Source: a virus (Duplodnaviria; Caudoviricetes). From it: DNA of 36,665 nucleotides. The position numbers and the translations under genes are program-made. A model generated the notes under the pieces. It was not told the DNA's origin and ran no database searches. It saw only the letters and a list, made by a program, of their open reading frames with translations. Below are positions 33,349-36,665 of this stretch, piece after piece. The first letter of the stretch is position 1. Each line of letters begins with the position of its first letter. The stretch spans positions 1-36,665 of IMG/VR virus record IMGVR_UViG_3300033076_001052. The stretch is one strand, 5' to 3'.

Positions 33349-34007
33349 GAATCCTAGCCTTTCTTCTCGCCCTGCTCCCTCTTTGCGCAACGGCGCAGAG
33401 CTCATCGTGTCGAATCACGGACGGGGTCGGTAATTTCGTCGGCGTAGCAACCGGCGGAAATCTGAAGGTGAACGCGGACGGAACAGCGGCGCTCAGTAGT
33501 ATCGAGACATACACGTCAAGCATCGACACTTATACGCAGTCAATCGACGCCAGCCTATCCAGTGTCATCTCGGGCGGGCGCGTCAACGTGACGGCGACGC
33601 AGTCCGGCACATGGACCGTGCAGCCCGGGAATACCGCGAATACGACACCATGGCTCACGTCTGACAATGCGATAACGACCGGCGGTTATTCCGCGTACAC
33701 GTTTGGCGCTCTCGTTGACACGGTCCAGACCGTGAAGGGGTCGGCCGGCACGCTCGGCGGTTGGTTTATCCTGAACTCTGCCGCGACCGTTTGTTACGTT
33801 CAGTTTTTTGACACAACCGGCGCTGTTACTCTCGGCACCACAACCCCAACGTTTTCACTTGGATTGCCGGCGGGCGCCGCTGCAAATATTCCCGCAACGC
33901 GCCCGGGAATAGCGTTCTCGAGCGGCCTCAAAATCGCAGCGACAACAACGCGCGCAGGTTCAACCGCATGTGGTACCGGCGTCGATGTAAACCTATGGTA
34001 TAAATGA
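33345..34007 (+). CDS. Signal-peptide-bearing fibre-like protein (220 aa)
   Basis: MRILAFLLALLPLCATA|Q; short heptad stalk (SSIETYT-SSIDTYT-QSIDASL); 'QSGTWTVQPGNTANTTPW'; C-terminal 'VKGSAGTL.G....N......YVQ.FD.....TLGTT.P......PA.......GIAFS.GL.IA.TT' domain. Confidence 0.72.
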   Translation: MRILAFLLALLPLCATAQSSSCRITDGVGNFVGVATGGNLKVNADGTAALSSIETYTSSIDTYTQSIDASLSSVISGGRVNVTATQSGTWTVQPGNTANTTPWLTSDNAITTGGYSAYTFGALVDTVQTVKGSAGTLGGWFILNSAATVCYVQFFDTTGAVTLGTTTPTFSLGLPAGAAANIPATRPGIAFSSGLKIAATTTRAGSTACGTGVDVNLWYK

Positions 34008-35347
34008 CCGCGCGACGTTTTGCAGGATCGATCGTTGCGCTCGCGGTCCTATTCGCCGCCTCGCTCGCTCATGCCGCGCCGATTCAGATCCTTGGGTTCG
34101 AAACGGGCGACACGTCCGAATGCCGATCTATCACGAGCGCGCCGACAGTCAGCGGGGGAGCCGCACGATCCGGATCGTACGGCCTCGATGCGAGTAGCGC
34201 CGGATCGGGAACAACGACACCGAATTGCCGCGTTGGTATTCCGGGCACAACGGGATTACCAACGGCGGAAATCTCACAAGCAACGACGTATTCCCGCTTC
34301 TATTTCAACGTCCAAACGCTGCCGGCATCCGCCGAAGAGGAATTCGTCACGCTCGTCGATACGGCCGGCGCGGCAAAGGCGCAATACCGCATCACGAGCA
34401 GCGGAACGATCAAAGCATGCGACTCGACATCAACATGCGGTTCGGCCGGAAGCACGACATTATCAACCTCGACTTGGTATCGAATCGAAATCCAAACGAC
34501 CACGGGCGCAGGTTCGACGGCCTACGAAATTCGAATCAATGGCACAACGGAACTTTCCGGCACGATGTCGCAAGGTTCAACAAACGTCGGCTCTCTTCGA
34601 CTCGGAAAGGTCACGAACCGAAACTCACAACAAATCCGATATTTCTTCGACGACGTTTCGATTGAAACAGCGACTTGGCCCGGCGAGGGTGCGATCTTGC
34701 GAATGGGCCCGGACTCGAACGGCTCAACCGCGCAGTGGACGGCGGGCACAGGTAGCAGCAATTACGCCGAAGTCGATGAGGTTCCGACCGACGGAGACAC
34801 GACCTATGTTCAGAAATCATCGGCAGCATCGCAGACGCAGCTCGTCGGCCTCGACTCGACGGCCACGGCGGGCATCAGCGGAACAATCAATTGTGTAAAA
34901 TCCTATCAATCGTGCCGAGAGTCCGTCAGTGTAACGAGCGCAACGCTAATCCGCATACGGTCCGGCGCGACGAATAGCGATAGCTCGACACTCAACGGAT
35001 CGACCAGCTACCAATCACAATTTCGAGTGCTCGCGACCGACCCCGCCGACGGTGCAGCGTGGACCACAACCGATCTCGATAGTGTCGAGATCGGCGCATC
35101 CGACACCGCAGCAACCTCGAGTGTCCGATGTAGCACTATGGCGCTCTACGTCGATTTTACCGCTTCCACGCCGACGCCGACACCAACGCCAACCGCAACG
35201 AATACGCCGACGAATACCCCAACGCCTACGCCGACACCGACGCCAACGCCGACCCCTACACCTACGCCTACTCCAACCGCCACGCCGACGCCGACCCCGG
35301 CCGCCGTGACGCTTCGCCTACTCTCATCGACGGGGGTAGGGAAATGA
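34004..35347 (+). CDS. Signal-peptide-bearing two-domain lectin (LamG/ConA)-like protein with Pro-Thr linker (447 aa)
   Basis: MTARRFAGSIVALAVLFAASLAHA|A; 'GFETGD', 'LSTSTWYRIEI...EIRING...LRLG...FFDDV'; second domain 'NY.EVDE.P.DGDTTYV...DP..G.AWT..DLD..EIG'; (TP)n; C-terminal 'LLSSTGVGK'. Confidence 0.75.
   Translation: MTARRFAGSIVALAVLFAASLAHAAPIQILGFETGDTSECRSITSAPTVSGGAARSGSYGLDASSAGSGTTTPNCRVGIPGTTGLPTAEISQATTYSRFYFNVQTLPASAEEEFVTLVDTAGAAKAQYRITSSGTIKACDSTSTCGSAGSTTLSTSTWYRIEIQTTTGAGSTAYEIRINGTTELSGTMSQGSTNVGSLRLGKVTNRNSQQIRYFFDDVSIETATWPGEGAILRMGPDSNGSTAQWTAGTGSSNYAEVDEVPTDGDTTYVQKSSAASQTQLVGLDSTATAGISGTINCVKSYQSCRESVSVTSATLIRIRSGATNSDSSTLNGSTSYQSQFRVLATDPADGAAWTTTDLDSVEIGASDTAATSSVRCSTMALYVDFTASTPTPTPTPTATNTPTNTPTPTPTPTPTPTPTPTPTPTATPTPTPAAVTLRLLSSTGVGK
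35167..35299 (+). repeat. Thr-Pro coding repeat (~44 aa), synonymously diversified
   Basis: acgccg/acacca/acgcct/acccct variants in tandem. Confidence 0.85.
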
Positions 35348-35607
35348 CGCTCCTCTTCTTCCTCCGCTCGCCGGCCGGTAACACGGACACCGGGAAAGCC
35401 CCCGACGCCGGACCGGCCTACGAACGCCCCGAACGAAAGCGCAGGACGCGCGAAGAGCGACGGGCAGCAAAGGTCGAAACGCAGCGGCTCGCAAAAGCCA
35501 TAGCGGACGACGAAGCGAAGGCGCGGGCGAGGCGAAAGAAACGGCGGGAAGAGGAAATGCTGATGATGCTTCTAATGCACGAATTCGGTGACGACTATGA
35601 GCATTAA
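35344..35607 (+). CDS. Hypothetical protein (87 aa; hydrophobic N-terminus MTLLFFL, C-terminal EEEMLMMLL)
   Basis: ATGA coupling; SD GGGGGTAGGG. Confidence 0.6.
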   Translation: MTLLFFLRSPAGNTDTGKAPDAGPAYERPERKRRTREERRAAKVETQRLAKAIADDEAKARARRKKRREEEMLMMLLMHEFGDDYEH

Positions 35608-36100
35608 ATCAAAGGTCCACACCTACGGTAACGAGCACGAATCGGATTGGCCGCCACGGTTCCCCGAGAATCCGAAAGGAATGGTCGGCTACATCGACAA
35701 GGACACGAAAGAATTCGTCGAAGGCTACCCTCGCGAAAATCTCTCTTGGCGACCGAATGACGGCATCATTTGCGACTCAATGCCGAAGACCTATCACGAG
35801 GCGGCCGGGCGATTTGTCGAATCTCGTCAGGAATGGGAGCGGCTCGACAAAGAGCACAACACCCTCACGTTCGGCAGCGTAGCCGAGCCGCGCCGACACG
35901 TTGAAAAGGGCACCAAGCAGCAAGCCCTAGAGCTCAAGCGCGATCGGCGCCGGGCATCAGAGGAGGCGCTCAAGATGGTCCGGGCGAATCCACGGCACAT
36001 CAACCAGAAATGGCAAAAGGAAGCCGAAAAACAGGAAAAAGCGGCGAAGCAAATCGCGGACAATTACGGCCTACATAAACAGTTGAAGGGAATCATATGA
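35597..36100 (+). CDS. Conserved phage hypothetical protein upstream of the scaffold (~167 aa)
   Basis: 'IICDSMP.T.H...G.F..SR..W' motif; ATGA coupling to the scaffold. Confidence 0.65.
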   Translation: MSIKSKVHTYGNEHESDWPPRFPENPKGMVGYIDKDTKEFVEGYPRENLSWRPNDGIICDSMPKTYHEAAGRFVESRQEWERLDKEHNTLTFGSVAEPRRHVEKGTKQQALELKRDRRRASEEALKMVRANPRHINQKWQKEAEKQEKAAKQIADNYGLHKQLKGII

Positions 36101-36665
36101 ACGATGAAATCAATAACGATGTCCAGCTCGAAGCGCCCGTAGCAGAACAAACGGTTGAAGCCCCCAAGGAGAAATTCGACGGCCTTTCGAACCGTGATGC
36201 GCTCGCAGAAGCAATCAAGCTGAACAGGGAGGGCGAGCGTCCGGAAGCGCCGACCAATAAGGAAGTTGCGCAGGCAGTTCAGGCCGATATCGAACCGCCG
36301 GCCGAATTCTCTAAGGAAGGCAAAGAAGCATGGAAGCGCAAAGACGTTTCGGCCATTCAGCGAGAGTACCGACGGATCCATGATGCGCGTACCGCTGAGA
36401 TCTCCCGGGCGCAGAGGGCCGAACGAGAGGCCCGCGAAATTGCCGAGAGAGAACGCGCGAGCTCGAAGCCCGCAAAGGACTTGCTTGAGCGCGTCAAAAA
36501 CTACCTTTCGGTTCGAGGGGACGACAGCACGCCCGATGAGGTCAAAATCGCGCAGGCGCTTCAACTCGTCGAAGAGATGCGAAAGGGAGACGGCGCCGCT
36601 ATTCGCGCAGAGCTCAAGAAAGCAGGTATCGATCTCGACGCATCCCCAAAGCAACCAACTGCGAA
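36097..36665 (+). CDS. Capsid scaffolding protein, N-terminal part (MNDEINNDVQLEAP...; not in the ORF track because it has no stop in the window)
   Basis: ATG 36097 overlaps the upstream TGA, SD GAAGGG, open for 189 codons to the end; 'EPPAEFSKE.KEAW...Q.E..R' scaffold-type motif; joins position 1 in frame. Confidence 0.75.
   Translation, partial: MNDEINNDVQLEAPVAEQTVEAPKEKFDGLSNRDALAEAIKLNREGERPEAPTNKEVAQAVQADIEPPAEFSKEGKEAWKRKDVSAIQREYRRIHDARTAEISRAQRAEREAREIAERERASSKPAKDLLERVKNYLSVRGDDSTPDEVKIAQALQLVEEMRKGDGAAIRAELKKAGIDLDASPKQPTA

Noticed and set aside
34020-34898. 292-aa alternative-frame ORF inside the 447-aa gene (likewise 30705..31352 in the portal)
   Set aside because: Arg/Ser/Pro-rich composition typical of off-frame translation; no independent start signal.
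1-36665. Diversity-generating retroelement, retron, alternative genetic code or DNA-modification cluster
   Set aside because: No reverse transcriptase motif, no TR/VR pair noticed, genes tile fully under the standard code with TAG, TGA and TAA all used as stops, and no methylase motifs were recognised.

Overview
The window appears to be a complete, circularly permuted ~36.7 kb temperate podovirus-like (P22-type architecture) phage genome. The ORF that runs off the right end (ATG 36097) continues in frame into position 1. The + strand from ~27160 around the circle to ~14400 carries an HTH repressor, HNH endonuclease, terminase small and large subunits, portal, a block of beta-rich accessory proteins, scaffold, major capsid, decoration and head-tail proteins, nozzle, ejection proteins (one with a lytic transglycosylase domain), holin-like genes and a VRR-NUC-like nuclease. 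The - strand (26994 to 14385) is the early operon: Bet/RecT recombinase, Gp157, membrane/lipoprotein genes, a tyrosine recombinase, a DUF4373-type replication initiator with iterons, about 25 small ORFs, a DUF1353/PLA2-like protein and a secreted TIM-barrel-like protein. The most unusual points are: (i) three fibre- or lectin-like genes in the morphogenesis module that carry Sec-type signal peptides; (ii) a 73-nt tRNA-like cloverleaf RNA; (iii) a predicted ~80-nt antisense RNA plus a switchable structured leader at the rep start; (iv) hairpins burying the start codons of the capsid, TerS and recombinase genes; (v) no recognisable standalone endolysin. All family assignments come from motif recognition by eye; no database search was run.
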